In this document: in pieces, positions 20,218-31,062 of the stretch
Layout: each line of letters starts with the position of its first letter
Position numbering within the stretch: the stretch's first letter is position 1
Source of the DNA: Chthoniobacteraceae bacterium
GTDB taxonomy: Bacteria; Verrucomicrobiota; Verrucomicrobiia; Chthoniobacterales; Chthoniobacteraceae
Direction of reading: 5' to 3'
DNA: 64,000 nt
Assembly: GCA_040081625.1 (NCBI GenBank)
Contig: JBEBGD010000011.1
Location: 28,785 to 92,784 of the forward strand
Notes under the pieces: model-generated
The model's database searches: none
What the model was told of the DNA's origin: nothing
Seen by the model: the letters and a program-made list of their open reading frames with translations, nothing else
Program-made: the position numbers and the translations under genes

Positions 20218-22016
20218 GGGTTGGCGGAACGGGTGAGCGTCACGTGCTTGAAATCCATGACGCGCGCGCCGGGCTTGCTCAGCACTTCGATGGTCAGAGT
20301 CACCGGGCCTTTGGGAAGCGCGAGCGCGCCGATCTTTTGCGTGGCCCAGTCGCGGTTGCGATAGCGCTCGTGGCCGATTGCGTCGCGGTGTGGAAGCGCG
20401 ATGTCGCGGATCGGCGCGGTGGCGATAACTGCCTCCGCGCTCGCGCCGCCGGTGCTCACACTAATCTTCGCCCCGGCATCCTCAGCGGGGCTCGCGTAGC
20501 CGAGCGCGATCTCGTAGGTGCCCGCCGCGACGACATCGAGGTCGAACCAGACCTTTGCGTCCGCGTCGGTCCAGCCGGTCAGCCAGTCGTTCGCGTAGCC
20601 GGGGCCGGAGGCGAAAGTGAGCGGCGGATCGAAGTAGCTCTGCGGCGCGTGAATCTCGACGGGATTCTCCGTGGCGTGGCCGACTTCGATCGGGAAGCGG
20701 CGAAGCCCTTCGCGCGAGATGTCGGCAAACCACGCGTCGTAGAGCTTGCTCAGTTCGGCGACGCGCTCGGGTTGATCGGAAGCGAGATCGCGCGCCTGTC
20801 CCGCATCGGCTTCCATGTCGTAGAGTTGCCACGGCGTCGCGCCGGCGTCGTTCGCCTTCGCTTTCGAGCCGCCGCCCGCGCCCTTGATCTCGCGCACGAG
20901 CCGGTATCGCTGCGTCCGCACGGCACCGGGAAACTTGTTCGTCTCGCTGATCGGATTGTGCGTGAAGAGCACGCGCTCCGACCACGCGGCTTCGCGGCCT
21001 TCGAGCAGCGGGCGGAGGCTGACGCCATCGAGCTTCGGCCCCGCAGGCGCTGCGACGCCGCAGAGATCGAGCAGCGTGGGGTAGAGGTCGATGTGCGAGA
21101 CGATCGGCTTCACTACCGCCGGCTTCCACTTTGCCGCCGGCCAGCGCACGAAAAGCGGCACGCGCGATCCGCCCTCATGCACGCTCGTCTTCCCGCCTTT
21201 CATCCCCGCGTTGAAAAGCTTCACGCCGGCTGTGCCGCCGTTGTCGGTGAGGAAAAGGACGATCGTATTCTCCGCGAGCTTGAGCGCGTCGAGATGCGCG
21301 AGCAGGCGACCGACGTTGTCGTCGATGTTCTCGCACATGCCGAAAAACGCCGACACGTTGTCCTCGAGCCCCTTCGCCTTGAACTTGTCGAAATACTTGT
21401 CCGGCACCTGGAAGGGTGAGTGCGGCGCGTTGTAGGCGAGATAGCAAAAGAACGGCTGCCCGCGTTGCGCGGCGATGAACTTCATCGCCTCGTCCGTGAG
21501 CACGTCGGTGATGTAGCCCTTCGTCGCCTCCGGCTTCGCGCCGCGCAGCAGCGCGGCGTCGAAGTAATTGTTCCAGTGCCCGTTGTTGAAGCCGAACGTC
21601 TCGTCGAAGCCCTGCCCGCGCGGCGTGAAGGGATACTGCTCGCCGTTGTGCCATTTGCCGATGCACGCGGTGCGATAGCCCGCGCCCTTGAGCGCCTCGG
21701 CGATCGTGATCTCGCCAGGCTTCATCGCCTCGCGGTTGTGCGTGACGCCGTGGACGCCGGTGCGCAACGGCCAGCGCCCGGTGAGCAACGCCGCGCGCGT
21801 CGGCGCGCAGAATGAGTTCACGTAGAAACGGTCGAAGCGCACGCCGTCCGCGCCGAGTTTGTCGATGTGCGGCGTCTGGAGGTGCGGATTCCCGTGGATG
21901 GAAAAATCGCCGTAGCCCTGGTCGTCGGTGATGATGAGCAGGACGTTCGGCTGCGCCGCAAACGCGGACGCGGCGACGAGCAGGCTGGCGACAATGCGGA
22001 GCGCGAGTCGGATCAT
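20214..22016 (-). CDS. Arylsulfatase (S1) with C-terminal CBM-like beta-sandwich
   Basis: PNVLLIITDDQGYGD, CAPTR, GKWHNG, TDNG; extra C-terminal domain (WFDLDVVAAGTYEIALGY...LPKGPVTLTI). Confidence 0.92.
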   Translation of the reverse strand: MIRLALRIVASLLVAASAFAAQPNVLLIITDDQGYGDFSIHGNPHLQTPHIDKLGADGVRFDRFYVNSFCAPTRAALLTGRWPLRTGVHGVTHNREAMKPGEITIAEALKGAGYRTACIGKWHNGEQYPFTPRGQGFDETFGFNNGHWNNYFDAALLRGAKPEATKGYITDVLTDEAMKFIAAQRGQPFFCYLAYNAPHSPFQVPDKYFDKFKAKGLEDNVSAFFGMCENIDDNVGRLLAHLDALKLAENTIVLFLTDNGGTAGVKLFNAGMKGGKTSVHEGGSRVPLFVRWPAAKWKPAVVKPIVSHIDLYPTLLDLCGVAAPAGPKLDGVSLRPLLEGREAAWSERVLFTHNPISETNKFPGAVRTQRYRLVREIKGAGGGSKAKANDAGATPWQLYDMEADAGQARDLASDQPERVAELSKLYDAWFADISREGLRRFPIEVGHATENPVEIHAPQSYFDPPLTFASGPGYANDWLTGWTDADAKVWFDLDVVAAGTYEIALGYASPAEDAGAKISVSTGGASAEAVIATAPIRDIALPHRDAIGHERYRNRDWATQKIGALALPKGPVTLTIEVLSKPGARVMDFKHVTLTRSANP

Positions 22017-23506
22017 TTGGCGGGAGCCGCGGCTTTGCGTTTCTTCCGCGGCGTCTGCTTCTCGTCGATCTGCTGCATGAACGCCTCGCGCGCAGCCGCG
22101 TCGTCGCGTTTGCGGAAGACCTCGAGCAGCGGATCGCGCGTGCGGACCATCCAGTCTTCGAGTGCCTTTTCGAGCACGGCGGCCTGCTTCGCATGCGTGG
22201 GGTTGTCGATGAGATTGGCGAGCGCGTCGGGATCGTAGCGCACCTCGTAAGCTTCCTCCGGCTTGCGGTGATCGAAGAGATCGATCCGCGCGGCGATCTT
22301 CGCGTCGGTCTTCGCGAGCACGCGCATCTGACGGCAGGTCGGCGTGCCGGCGGTCGCGCCGCTCATCACGCGCGTGCCGTTCGACCACGGGCTGAAGATG
22401 TAGAGCCAGTCCTTCGTCTGCACCGCGCGCATCGGCGTGCGCTGGCCGCCGGCGTTTTCGTTGTGCTCCTTGAAGACCATGTCGCGACCGGATTGAGCCT
22501 CGCCTTTCAACAGCGGCGCGAGCGAGCGCCCATCGAAGCCGGCGGGATGCTCGACACCGACGATGTCGAGCAGCGTGGGCAGCAGATCGACGGCGGAGAC
22601 CATGTGCGCGTCGTCCACCGAGCCCGCCTTCGTCACGCCCGGCCAGCGGATCATCAGCGGCGTGCGCGTGCTGTGATGATAGAGCTGCGTCTTGGCAAAT
22701 GGCAGCGGCATGCCGTGATCGGAGAGGAAGATGATCACCGTGTTCGCGTCGTCGCCGGACTCCTTCAGCGCGCCGAGGATCGCGCCCACCGCGTCGTCGG
22801 CGCGGCGCACGGAGGAGTAATAATGCGCGAGTTCCTTTCGGATCGCGGGATCGTCCGGCAGGAAGCCGGGCACGGGCACTTCCTCCGGCTTGAAAACACG
22901 CGACGGCACGTGCGGATCGGGAACGGTGTCGCCGCGATTTCCCTCGGCGTAGAAGGGCTTGTGCGGATCGGCGATGTTCAGCATCAGGCAGAACGGCTTC
23001 CCGGCCTTTCGCGCCGCTTCGATGCCCTGCGTCAGCGCCCTGCCGTAAGTCGCGGCGTCCTTCGTGTGCGCCTTCTTTCCCGCCGCATCCTTGTCGAGAT
23101 CGATGTCCCACGGAAACGGCGAGTATGGCGTCGAGTGCGAGACCTTGTGCCGGATGCCGGTGAACCAACCCGCGCCCTTCATCAGGTCGCCCATCACCGG
23201 ATAATCCTTCTCGGCTTTGCCCATCGCGCGAAAGCCCTCGATGCGGTTGTTGTGCGGATAGCGGCCCGACCACATCACGTTGCGCGACGGCATGCAGTTG
23301 CCTACGACGACATGCGCGTGCTCGAAGCGCATGCTCTGCGCCGCGAGCTTGTCCATCTGCGGCGTGGTGCCCTCGAGCCGGCAACCAAACACGCCGACCG
23401 AGTCGCAGCTCATGTCGTCGGTCGTGATGATGAGCACGTTCGGCTTCGCGGCGAAGATCGACGAGTTGAGGGCGAGGAAAACGAGAGCGAGAAGCAGGCG
23501 GGGCAT
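22013..23506 (-). CDS. Sulfatase (S1, sulfamidase/SGSH-like)
   Basis: PNVLIITTDDM, CMPSR, DPHKPF, SDHGMPLPFAKTQLY. Confidence 0.92.
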   Translation of the reverse strand: MPRLLLALVFLALNSSIFAAKPNVLIITTDDMSCDSVGVFGCRLEGTTPQMDKLAAQSMRFEHAHVVVGNCMPSRNVMWSGRYPHNNRIEGFRAMGKAEKDYPVMGDLMKGAGWFTGIRHKVSHSTPYSPFPWDIDLDKDAAGKKAHTKDAATYGRALTQGIEAARKAGKPFCLMLNIADPHKPFYAEGNRGDTVPDPHVPSRVFKPEEVPVPGFLPDDPAIRKELAHYYSSVRRADDAVGAILGALKESGDDANTVIIFLSDHGMPLPFAKTQLYHHSTRTPLMIRWPGVTKAGSVDDAHMVSAVDLLPTLLDIVGVEHPAGFDGRSLAPLLKGEAQSGRDMVFKEHNENAGGQRTPMRAVQTKDWLYIFSPWSNGTRVMSGATAGTPTCRQMRVLAKTDAKIAARIDLFDHRKPEEAYEVRYDPDALANLIDNPTHAKQAAVLEKALEDWMVRTRDPLLEVFRKRDDAAAREAFMQQIDEKQTPRKKRKAAAPAK

Positions 23507-23521
23507 GGCGGAGGGAAGGCG

Positions 23522-24421
23522 TTATCGGTTCAGCGCGGCGAACTTTTCCGCGAATCGCTTCCCGATCTCGTTCTGCGCGGCGGTGTCGAAGTGGACGTTG
23601 TCGCCGATGTGCGTTTTCAAGTCGCGCGCATCGACGCACGCGGTGTGCGGGCGCCTGACGGGAAGCGCGAGGAGGAACTGATTCATCGCGGCTTTACCGG
23701 CCAGCTTCGCGGCATCGCCCATCTCGCCGATCGTGCATGCGATGAACGGCAGCTCAGGCAGCGCGAGATCAGCGCGTAGGTCGTCGATCAGCTTGTTGAG
23801 CTTCTCTTCATGAACTGCGAGGCCGGCCTCGTTCGCATTCGCCTCACCTTGCAGCCAGAGCGCGGCGCGGATGCGGCCCTTCACGGGAGCGGTCGCTTTC
23901 AGCGCGAGCCGGGCGCGGCGGAGCGCTTCGTCGTAGAGCTTCGCACCCTTCTGCCATTGCGCGATCGGCGAGCCGCCGACGGCGCACGGGATCAAGCCGA
24001 CGCGCACCTTCGCATCGCGGGCCGCGATCACTTCCGCGAACGCGAGCCCCGGGCCGACGCCCGCGTTGTCGTGGCCGGCAAAGGTCTTCGCATCGCCGAC
24101 GAGATGGACGGGATGCCGCGCGAGATACCACTCGTCGTCTATCAAATGCATCATCACGATCCGCGGATCGCGCATCGGCTCGTCGGGCATCACGCCGCGG
24201 CCTTTCATGTTCGACTGGCCCATGAGCAGGAAAAGATCGAGCCGCTCGGTGCCGTCCGGAAGCGTCGCGATGTCCACCGGCTCCAACGGCGGATGCGCGG
24301 GCGGCGGCGTCTGGACCTTGCCGGCTTTCTGCGCGTTCGCGACCGGGCAAATGAGCGCGGCAGTGCCGAGCGCGAGCCAGCGACGACGGGTGATTAAGTG
24401 CGGTGTCGAGTGCCGGATCAT
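23522..24421 (-). CDS. SGNH O-acetylesterase (SASA/DUF303 family), Tat-exported
   Basis: TRRRWL Tat motif; GQSNM, WLQGE, DNVHF catalytic blocks. Confidence 0.88.
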   Translation of the reverse strand: MIRHSTPHLITRRRWLALGTAALICPVANAQKAGKVQTPPPAHPPLEPVDIATLPDGTERLDLFLLMGQSNMKGRGVMPDEPMRDPRIVMMHLIDDEWYLARHPVHLVGDAKTFAGHDNAGVGPGLAFAEVIAARDAKVRVGLIPCAVGGSPIAQWQKGAKLYDEALRRARLALKATAPVKGRIRAALWLQGEANANEAGLAVHEEKLNKLIDDLRADLALPELPFIACTIGEMGDAAKLAGKAAMNQFLLALPVRRPHTACVDARDLKTHIGDNVHFDTAAQNEIGKRFAEKFAALNR

Positions 24422-24533
24422 GAGGTCGGAGTGAACGGGAAAGGCGAAGTAGGGCGCCAGCTTTTCACGATCGTCGGGCTGCTCAATCGGACAGAAGGGT
24501 GGTTACGAAAGCAGATCGTCGATCACTCCCCCG

Positions 24534-26879
24534 TCACCCCAGCACATTCTCTCCGCGATTTTCCGCCTGCTGGATCGTCACGGGCCAGCCGGGGAATTGA
24601 TTCGTGGGATTGCCGTCGATCGCGTCGATCCGGAAGCGAAACGACTCGATGCGGTAGGTCTTCTTCACCGTGTCGAAGGTGATGAAGCCGAAGCCGCTGC
24701 CTTTTTCGTGCGCCTTGTCGTAGCGGTTCGGGGCCTTGCCGACCACGGGATTGCCGACGGCATAGACATAGACCTTGTTGCCGAGGCCATCGAGGAATTC
24801 GCCGGTGTCGGCGGCGCCGTGCTTCGGGCGGTTGGTGTGCGGCATCTTGAGTTCGTCGGGGCGCCACCAGCGCGGATAACCGGCGGCGATGGCGGGCGTG
24901 CAGAACGACCAGTTCGCGTCGCGCTGTTTGTCCACGCCGTATTGCGAGAGCGTCGTAAGATGCTGGTCGCCATTGATGTGCAGCGCCATCGACGGACGCA
25001 TGATCTCGATGGCGCGGTTGCGTGGCGTCTGCGGCCACCCGCCGGAATCGAGATCGGCCTTCAAATAGCCATCGACCCCGCCGTGATGCGTGGCCACGCC
25101 GGCGAACACGGTCTGGCTGAGCACGGCTTTCAGCGTGTGGCCGCGCCAGTCCTGCGCCCATTTTTTGAGGAAGGCCTCCTGCCGCTCGCCGAGCAGCACG
25201 AGTCCCGGCTTGTCGAGCTTCGCGCAATCGAAGTCCCGATCCTGCACGTGATCGGCGCGGCCACTGCCGGTCTCGACGCGCTCCGGCCCGCTCTTCCACT
25301 GGCGGTCGGCGATGATGGCGAAGCTGACGCCGCCATACACCATGTCGCCGTAGTAAACGCTGATGTCCTGCTCGCACGGCGCGGGATCGACCGCATCGGG
25401 ATGGTGCGCGACGTTGGTCTTGTGCACGGCATTGACCATGCGCGCGGGCTCGATGTAGCCGCCCTTCGATGACGCGCCGGTGTCGCCGACGTTCATCTTC
25501 TTGCCGCCCTCGCCCCAGATGTTGCCCTGGAAGACATCGTGATCGTCCGGCAGGCAGAGCGTGGGCCGGTCGCGCATCACTTCGCGGAAGGCCCAGCCGT
25601 GTTGGTAGAACTTGCGCAGATAGTTCAGGATCGCGGGTTCGGCAGGCTCGCGGATGATGCCGAAGCCGCCGTGGCTTTCGTAAATTTGATCGCCGGAAAA
25701 GAAGACGAGATCGGGATCGAGTTTGATGAGGTTCTGCGCCACCGGCGCGTAGGGGAAGCCGTAGTCGTTCTGGCAAGTCAGCGCCGCCATGCGCAGCGGA
25801 CGGCCCTCCGGGTTCGGCTTGATCGTGCCGGTCCATTCATTCGGCGTCTCGCTGCCGTCCGTGTGCTTCTCGCGATAGACGAGCTTGTAAGGCGTGGCCT
25901 GCTTCGCGTCCCAATTCGGAAGCCGGAACGTCGCCACCCACGCATCGCGATCGAGCTTCGCCTCGCCGAGCGATTTCCACGCGCCGCCCCTCTGCACCTG
26001 CAACTCGACGACCTGGCTGTCCTTCGCGCCCATCGGGCCGGTGAGCGCGCTGAGCTTCATCACGAACCCCTCGCTGCCGCGCGAATCGCTCAGCGAATAC
26101 ATCGACCACAAAATCGGCCCGAACTGATTCGCCGCCGTGATCGCAAAGGCGTCGCCGTCCATCGTCCAATTCTGAAAGCGGTAGCGCCCGGCGCCCGCGC
26201 CACCGGCTTGGGCGTTGCCCTTCTTCGCGCCCTTCACCGCACCGGCTGCGAAGTTGTTCGCGATCGACACGTTGCCGAGAATCTCGTCCGCACCGAACGC
26301 CTGCGAGATCGTTCCAAGTTCCGCACCCGACTCGACGGCGTTTGCGGTGAGCGTCAGCACGCACTGGTCTCCCTTTGGCACGCCCTTCAGCGTCAGTCGC
26401 ACCTGCTTCGACGCGCTGCCGTCCTTCACCGGCGCGGTCTTCGACTCGAGCACGAGTCGATCGCCCTGCCAGCCGGCGTTCACGCCTTTTTGCACGAAGC
26501 AATTGCTGCGGTGCTCGTTGAGTTCGCTGCGGATGCCGATGCGGAAGCCCGCGCCGCTATCTTGCTTCAGCACCTCGACGCGCGTGAGCGTCACCGACAT
26601 TGTGAAGCCGGCGTTCTTCGCGATCTGATGCGTCAGCGAATGCACGCTCCGGCCGCCGCCCGGATTCAGGCACTCCGCCGCGCCATCGCGCACGCACCAA
26701 TCCTCCATCGGGTTCGCCCAAAACTCGCCGCCCAGCCACACACGGTCATGCGTCTTCGCCCACGGATCGACGGCGGGTTTGCCTTTCCCGGCTGCCGAAA
26801 CGCCGCGGGCGCCGAGGCCCAAAAGCGTTCCCGCAGTCATCAGCTTAATGCCGGTGCGTCGTGTGATGTTCTTGTTCAT
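24534..26879 (-). CDS. PhoD-family metallophosphatase with N-terminal accessory domain, Tat-like signal
   Basis: [50 protein letters not shown]. Confidence 0.85.
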   Translation of the reverse strand: MNKNITRRTGIKLMTAGTLLGLGARGVSAAGKGKPAVDPWAKTHDRVWLGGEFWANPMEDWCVRDGAAECLNPGGGRSVHSLTHQIAKNAGFTMSVTLTRVEVLKQDSGAGFRIGIRSELNEHRSNCFVQKGVNAGWQGDRLVLESKTAPVKDGSASKQVRLTLKGVPKGDQCVLTLTANAVESGAELGTISQAFGADEILGNVSIANNFAAGAVKGAKKGNAQAGGAGAGRYRFQNWTMDGDAFAITAANQFGPILWSMYSLSDSRGSEGFVMKLSALTGPMGAKDSQVVELQVQRGGAWKSLGEAKLDRDAWVATFRLPNWDAKQATPYKLVYREKHTDGSETPNEWTGTIKPNPEGRPLRMAALTCQNDYGFPYAPVAQNLIKLDPDLVFFSGDQIYESHGGFGIIREPAEPAILNYLRKFYQHGWAFREVMRDRPTLCLPDDHDVFQGNIWGEGGKKMNVGDTGASSKGGYIEPARMVNAVHKTNVAHHPDAVDPAPCEQDISVYYGDMVYGGVSFAIIADRQWKSGPERVETGSGRADHVQDRDFDCAKLDKPGLVLLGERQEAFLKKWAQDWRGHTLKAVLSQTVFAGVATHHGGVDGYLKADLDSGGWPQTPRNRAIEIMRPSMALHINGDQHLTTLSQYGVDKQRDANWSFCTPAIAAGYPRWWRPDELKMPHTNRPKHGAADTGEFLDGLGNKVYVYAVGNPVVGKAPNRYDKAHEKGSGFGFITFDTVKKTYRIESFRFRIDAIDGNPTNQFPGWPVTIQQAENRGENVLG

Positions 26880-26936
26880 AGATCGAAGGAAGGTGGGGCT
26901 ACTGCGTCGGCTCGGTCCGAGCGCAGGTGCCGATTC

Positions 26937-28187
26937 TCATTCTGCGCCCTGAAACTGCACCGTCGTGCTCACCATCGCATCGCGTTCGTCGGTGAGAGTG
27001 AGGAACCAGGTGTTCGCATCGACCGGCGGCTTGGGCGCGGTTATCGTGTCGCCGATGATGGTCGCGGGAATCATCTTCCACGTGCGTTTCGAGCGCGGGC
27101 CGGTGTCCGTGGTGTAGTGAAGTTGCGCGGTCTTCACGGGCGCCGCGCTTTGGAAAGGCAGCACGACTTTCTCCCCGTCGATCCGAATCGCGCCGGGCAC
27201 CGGCAGCGATGCGCCGTGACGGCATTTCGAGTCGATGAACAAGCCGATCTCCTGCGGTGCCCAGCCGGGCGGATGGCCGTGCGACATGTTCACCTGGATG
27301 CGCATCTGCTTCTCGCCGGGCACGACCGCGAAGCTCTTCATGTAGCTATCGAGCACGTAGTGGACGTCGTTCGTGCCGTTCACGAAAAGGATCGGCACGC
27401 GGCAGCGCGGGAGCAGGCTGCCGGGGTCGTATTCCTTTACCCATGCGGCTTTGCGGTCGCCGAGCTTGTCGATGCTCGGCTTCTGCACCGACTCGCCCTC
27501 GTGCAGAAAACCGCAGCCATACACGGGCACCGCAGCCTTGAAGCGGTCGTCGAGCGACGCGACGAGGCACGTCGTGTAGCCGCCCCAACTGATCCCCGTC
27601 ACCGCCGTGCGCTCCGCATCCACCTCGGGAAAAGAGCGCAGCAGCGTGTGCGCGCGCATCACCGATGCGGCGGCGTGGAAGGGCCAGTCGTCGCTCGTGT
27701 CGCCGCCGATCGAGTCGAACTTTTCCTCGTGTCCCTGCCCCGGTCCGCCGTTCGGAAGCGACGTGCGTTTGTCGCGAGCGTGCGCGTTGGGAAGTGGCGC
27801 GCCGGTCTTCGGATCGAACTCGGGATCCGGCGGGCGCATTCCGCCGAGATCCATCGCAATCGCCGCGTAGCCGCGCTTCGCCCACAGGTAAGCCCAATCC
27901 GCAAACGCCGTCCCGCCGCCGCCGTGGATGAGCACGACGCCGGGAAACTTCGCGCCCGGCTTCGCCTCGCCCAGCGTGGCCGGCGACGCGTAGAACGCGA
28001 ACACCTCGGTCGGTTTGCCGCGATACTTTTCGCCCGCATAGGTCAGCGAGTGGATCGCCCCTTCGCGCTTCGCCCAAGTCATCGCGGGCACGTTCGTTTT
28101 CAGCGCGGTCAGATTCCATGGCCCCACCTGCTCTGCGGCGAGCGGCGCGCAGAGGGCGACGACGAGAATTACGGGCGCGAGCCTCAC
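26937..28187 (-). CDS. Secreted alpha/beta hydrolase (acetylxylan-esterase-like)
   Basis: IHGGGG, nucleophile GISWGG, GTND, GH; signal peptide; GTG start overlaps the upstream TGA. Confidence 0.85.
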   Translation of the reverse strand: MRLAPVILVVALCAPLAAEQVGPWNLTALKTNVPAMTWAKREGAIHSLTYAGEKYRGKPTEVFAFYASPATLGEAKPGAKFPGVVLIHGGGGTAFADWAYLWAKRGYAAIAMDLGGMRPPDPEFDPKTGAPLPNAHARDKRTSLPNGGPGQGHEEKFDSIGGDTSDDWPFHAAASVMRAHTLLRSFPEVDAERTAVTGISWGGYTTCLVASLDDRFKAAVPVYGCGFLHEGESVQKPSIDKLGDRKAAWVKEYDPGSLLPRCRVPILFVNGTNDVHYVLDSYMKSFAVVPGEKQMRIQVNMSHGHPPGWAPQEIGLFIDSKCRHGASLPVPGAIRIDGEKVVLPFQSAAPVKTAQLHYTTDTGPRSKRTWKMIPATIIGDTITAPKPPVDANTWFLTLTDERDAMVSTTVQFQGAE

Positions 28188-29716
28188 AGCGCGGGCGCCT
28201 TCCAGTCAGGGATTCCGCCGGCCTTGAGCTGCTTCTCGTAGAGTTCGTGGAAGGGCTTCGTCGGCGACATCTCCGCAGTTTCGTTCACCATCAGCGGGCG
28301 CGCTTCCTTCCAAAATGCATCGTAGGCCGCGCGCATTTTCGCCACGACCTCGGGGTGCTCGGCGCTCACGTCCTTGGTCTGGTAAGGATCGGCTTCCATG
28401 TCGTAGAGCGCGCCTTGCGACGCCTGCGCCGGCCGCTTCGCCGCGTTCCTGCCCTTCGGGTTGCCGCCGCGCGGACCGACGAAGCGGTAGCGCTGATTGC
28501 GCACGCCGTAGTTGAGGTGCTGCTGCGTGTTCGGCTCGGTGCCCGTGGCCCAGCGCGCGGTGTGGGTGAAGAGGTAGCGATCCGACCAGCCGTCCGCCTT
28601 GCCCTCGATGAGCGGGAGCAGGTTGCGGCCTTCGACTTGATTCTTCGGCGACTCCGCTCCGGCGAGCGCGGCGAAGGTCGGCAGCAGATCGATGTGCGCG
28701 GCGATGGTGCCGATGTCGCGGCCCGCCTCGATCTTCCCATCCCAGCGGACGAAGAATGGCACGCGCACGCCGCCTTCATCGGTCGAGCCTTTGAGCCCGG
28801 TCTGGTTCGCGTTGAAGAACGGATAGCCGGGCGCGAGGTCCTTGCCGGCCTGGCCGGAGCCGCCGCCGGTCATGCCATTGTCGGACATGAAAATGACGAT
28901 CGTGTTCTTGTAGAGATCCCACTCCTTCAGCTTCTCCGCGAGGCGCCCCATGTTCTCGTCGATGTTCTCGATCATGCCGTAGAAACCTGCCTGCTCCTTG
29001 CCGAAGCCAAGGTCGGTGAAGCGCTTCGCGTTCTTCTCCGGCGCGATGAACGGCCCATGCGGCGCGTTCGTCGCGATGTAGGCGAAGAACGGCTGGCCCT
29101 TGTCCTTGCGCTCCTTCATCCAGCCGAGCGCGCCGGTGAAAAACACGTCGGTGCAAAAGCCCTTCGTCTTCACGAAGCTGCCGTTGTGGCGGATGACGGG
29201 GTCCGTGTATTTGTTGTCCGGCGCATCGGCGCACGAGCAGGCATAGGCCTGCCCGATCCCGCCCGCACCGTGGATGAAGGCTTCATCGAAGCCGCGCTTG
29301 TGCGGCTGATACGGCTCCTCGTCGCCGAGATGCCACTTCCCGAAAATGCCCGACGTGTAGCCCGCGGTCTTGAGCACCTGCGGGAGAATGGTCGCGTCGA
29401 GCGTCATGCGCTCGCGCTCGAGGATCGTGTGCGTGATTCCGTTCTTCATCGGATGCCGGCCCGTCATCATCGCGCTGCGCGTGGGCGAGCAGGTCGGGCT
29501 CACGAGGAAGCGCGTGAAGCGCGTGCTCTTGTCGTAGAGCGCGTCGAGGTGCGGCGTCTTGATCCACGGATGTCCGTGCCGCCCGACGGGGCCGTAGCCC
29601 TGGTCGTCCGTGATCACGAGGATGATGTTCGGCTTCGTGCCGGCGAGATCTGCGACGGCGTCCGCTGCGAAGGCGAGCGCAGCGACGAGGGCGAGTGCGA
29701 GGTGATGTAGTTTCAT
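28184..29716 (-). CDS. Arylsulfatase (S1)
   Basis: PNIILVITDDQGYG, CSPTRSAMMTG, GKWHLG, SDNG, EGGVRVP. Confidence 0.94.
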   Translation of the reverse strand: MKLHHLALALVAALAFAADAVADLAGTKPNIILVITDDQGYGPVGRHGHPWIKTPHLDALYDKSTRFTRFLVSPTCSPTRSAMMTGRHPMKNGITHTILERERMTLDATILPQVLKTAGYTSGIFGKWHLGDEEPYQPHKRGFDEAFIHGAGGIGQAYACSCADAPDNKYTDPVIRHNGSFVKTKGFCTDVFFTGALGWMKERKDKGQPFFAYIATNAPHGPFIAPEKNAKRFTDLGFGKEQAGFYGMIENIDENMGRLAEKLKEWDLYKNTIVIFMSDNGMTGGGSGQAGKDLAPGYPFFNANQTGLKGSTDEGGVRVPFFVRWDGKIEAGRDIGTIAAHIDLLPTFAALAGAESPKNQVEGRNLLPLIEGKADGWSDRYLFTHTARWATGTEPNTQQHLNYGVRNQRYRFVGPRGGNPKGRNAAKRPAQASQGALYDMEADPYQTKDVSAEHPEVVAKMRAAYDAFWKEARPLMVNETAEMSPTKPFHELYEKQLKAGGIPDWKAPAL

Positions 29717-29733
29717 AGGGTGAGTGGAGTGGG

Positions 29734-31062
29734 TCAGCCGAGGCCGGGCACGGTCCAGCCGTCGCGATACGCGCGGCGGACGAGCGCGGTGGCCTTGGCG
29801 TGGTTGGAAAATGTGAGCGTCTCGCGGTCCCAGTCGAGCCACTCGCCGGCAAAGCGGTCCGCGATCGCGCCGACGAGCACCGCCTCGGTCAGCGGTCCGC
29901 CATGCGTGAATTCATCGCACGCCTTTCGGCCTTCGACGATCGCGTCCACCCAGTCGTGGTAGTGGTCCTGCGGCTTGAGATCGGCGGGATATTTTTCGGC
30001 GTCGAACTTCCCCCCGGGCAGCACGACCGGCTTGTTGTTGCCGTAGCTTTTGAAGATCGAGCCGTGCTCGCCGATCCAGCATGTGCCGGATGCGGGCAGC
30101 TTCTCCACGCCCTTCGGCAGTTGGATTTTTCCGAGGTCCGGCTCGATGCCGCCGTCGTGCCAGGTGAGCTGCACGGTCTTGCCGGCGGTGATGTCGCTGC
30201 CGGGGAAGATCATCTCGACGAGGCGCTTCTCGCCCCACAACGGACCGCTGCTGCCCGGTGTCGTCTGCCGCACGCGCAGTGGAGCAGTGAGCCGGAGCGC
30301 GTCGAAGCTCGTGTCAAAATGGTGGCAGCCCATGTCGCCCATCTCGCCGACGCCGAAGTCGAACCACGCGCGCCAGTTCTTCGGGTGATACGTATTCGTG
30401 AGATACGGCCGCGGCTCGCGCACGCCGAGCCACAAGTCCCAGTCGAGCCCCGCCGGGATCGCATCGCCCTGCTTCCGCAGCTCCGTGTTTTTCGGCCACC
30501 AGTTGAGCGGCTTGTTCTCCCACAGGATGACTTCCTTGATCTTCCCGATCGCGCCGTCGCGGATCAGTTGCACCGTCATCCGGCTCTCGATGCTGGAGCG
30601 GCCTTGATTCCCGAGCTGCGTGACGACGCCCGCCTTCGCCGCCTCCTGCGTGATGACGCGGCACTCGTGCGGCGTCGTGGCCATCGGCTTCTGCAAATAG
30701 AGATGCTTCTTCGCGCGCAGCGCCGTCACCGATTGCGCGGCGTGAACGTGATCCGGCGTGCCGATCGTCACCGCGTCGAACTTGTCCGCGTGCCGCGCGA
30801 GCAGCTCGCGCCAGTCCTTCTGCCGCGACGCCTCGGGATGCAGCTTCGCCGCTTCATCGAGATAGCCGGTGTCCACATCGCACAGCGCGACGATCTTCAC
30901 CTTCGCGTGACTCGCGACGCCGCTCATCGTCCGCCCGCCCATGCCGCCCACGCCGATGCACGCGACCTGCAGCATCGAGTTCGGCGCTGCGCTGCGCAGG
31001 ATGGAGGGGAAGCCGAGCGCGGCGGCGGCGGTGGTGCGTTGGAGGAAGTGTCGGCGGTTCAT
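29734..31062 (-). CDS. Tat-exported Gfo/Idh/MocA-family NAD(P) oxidoreductase
   Basis: MNRRHFLQR; IGVGGMG, TPDHVH, QKPM, QLGNQ, WDLWLG, WRAWFDFG...DMGCH. Confidence 0.92.
   Translation of the reverse strand: MNRRHFLQRTTAAAALGFPSILRSAAPNSMLQVACIGVGGMGGRTMSGVASHAKVKIVALCDVDTGYLDEAAKLHPEASRQKDWRELLARHADKFDAVTIGTPDHVHAAQSVTALRAKKHLYLQKPMATTPHECRVITQEAAKAGVVTQLGNQGRSSIESRMTVQLIRDGAIGKIKEVILWENKPLNWWPKNTELRKQGDAIPAGLDWDLWLGVREPRPYLTNTYHPKNWRAWFDFGVGEMGDMGCHHFDTSFDALRLTAPLRVRQTTPGSSGPLWGEKRLVEMIFPGSDITAGKTVQLTWHDGGIEPDLGKIQLPKGVEKLPASGTCWIGEHGSIFKSYGNNKPVVLPGGKFDAEKYPADLKPQDHYHDWVDAIVEGRKACDEFTHGGPLTEAVLVGAIADRFAGEWLDWDRETLTFSNHAKATALVRRAYRDGWTVPGLG

Noticed and set aside
20214..23639. Apparent 1141-aa giant sulfatase (likewise the 1300-aa ORF at 42397 and the 837-aa ORF at 34755)
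   Set aside because: The N-terminal extensions are off-frame readings of the upstream genes; true starts with signal peptides lie at or near the stop/start junctions. No evidence of fusion or frameshifting.
26910..26922. Palindrome GCTCGGTCCGAGC upstream of the Tat PhoD gene
   Set aside because: Single GC-rich instance with no second copy seen; could be chance.
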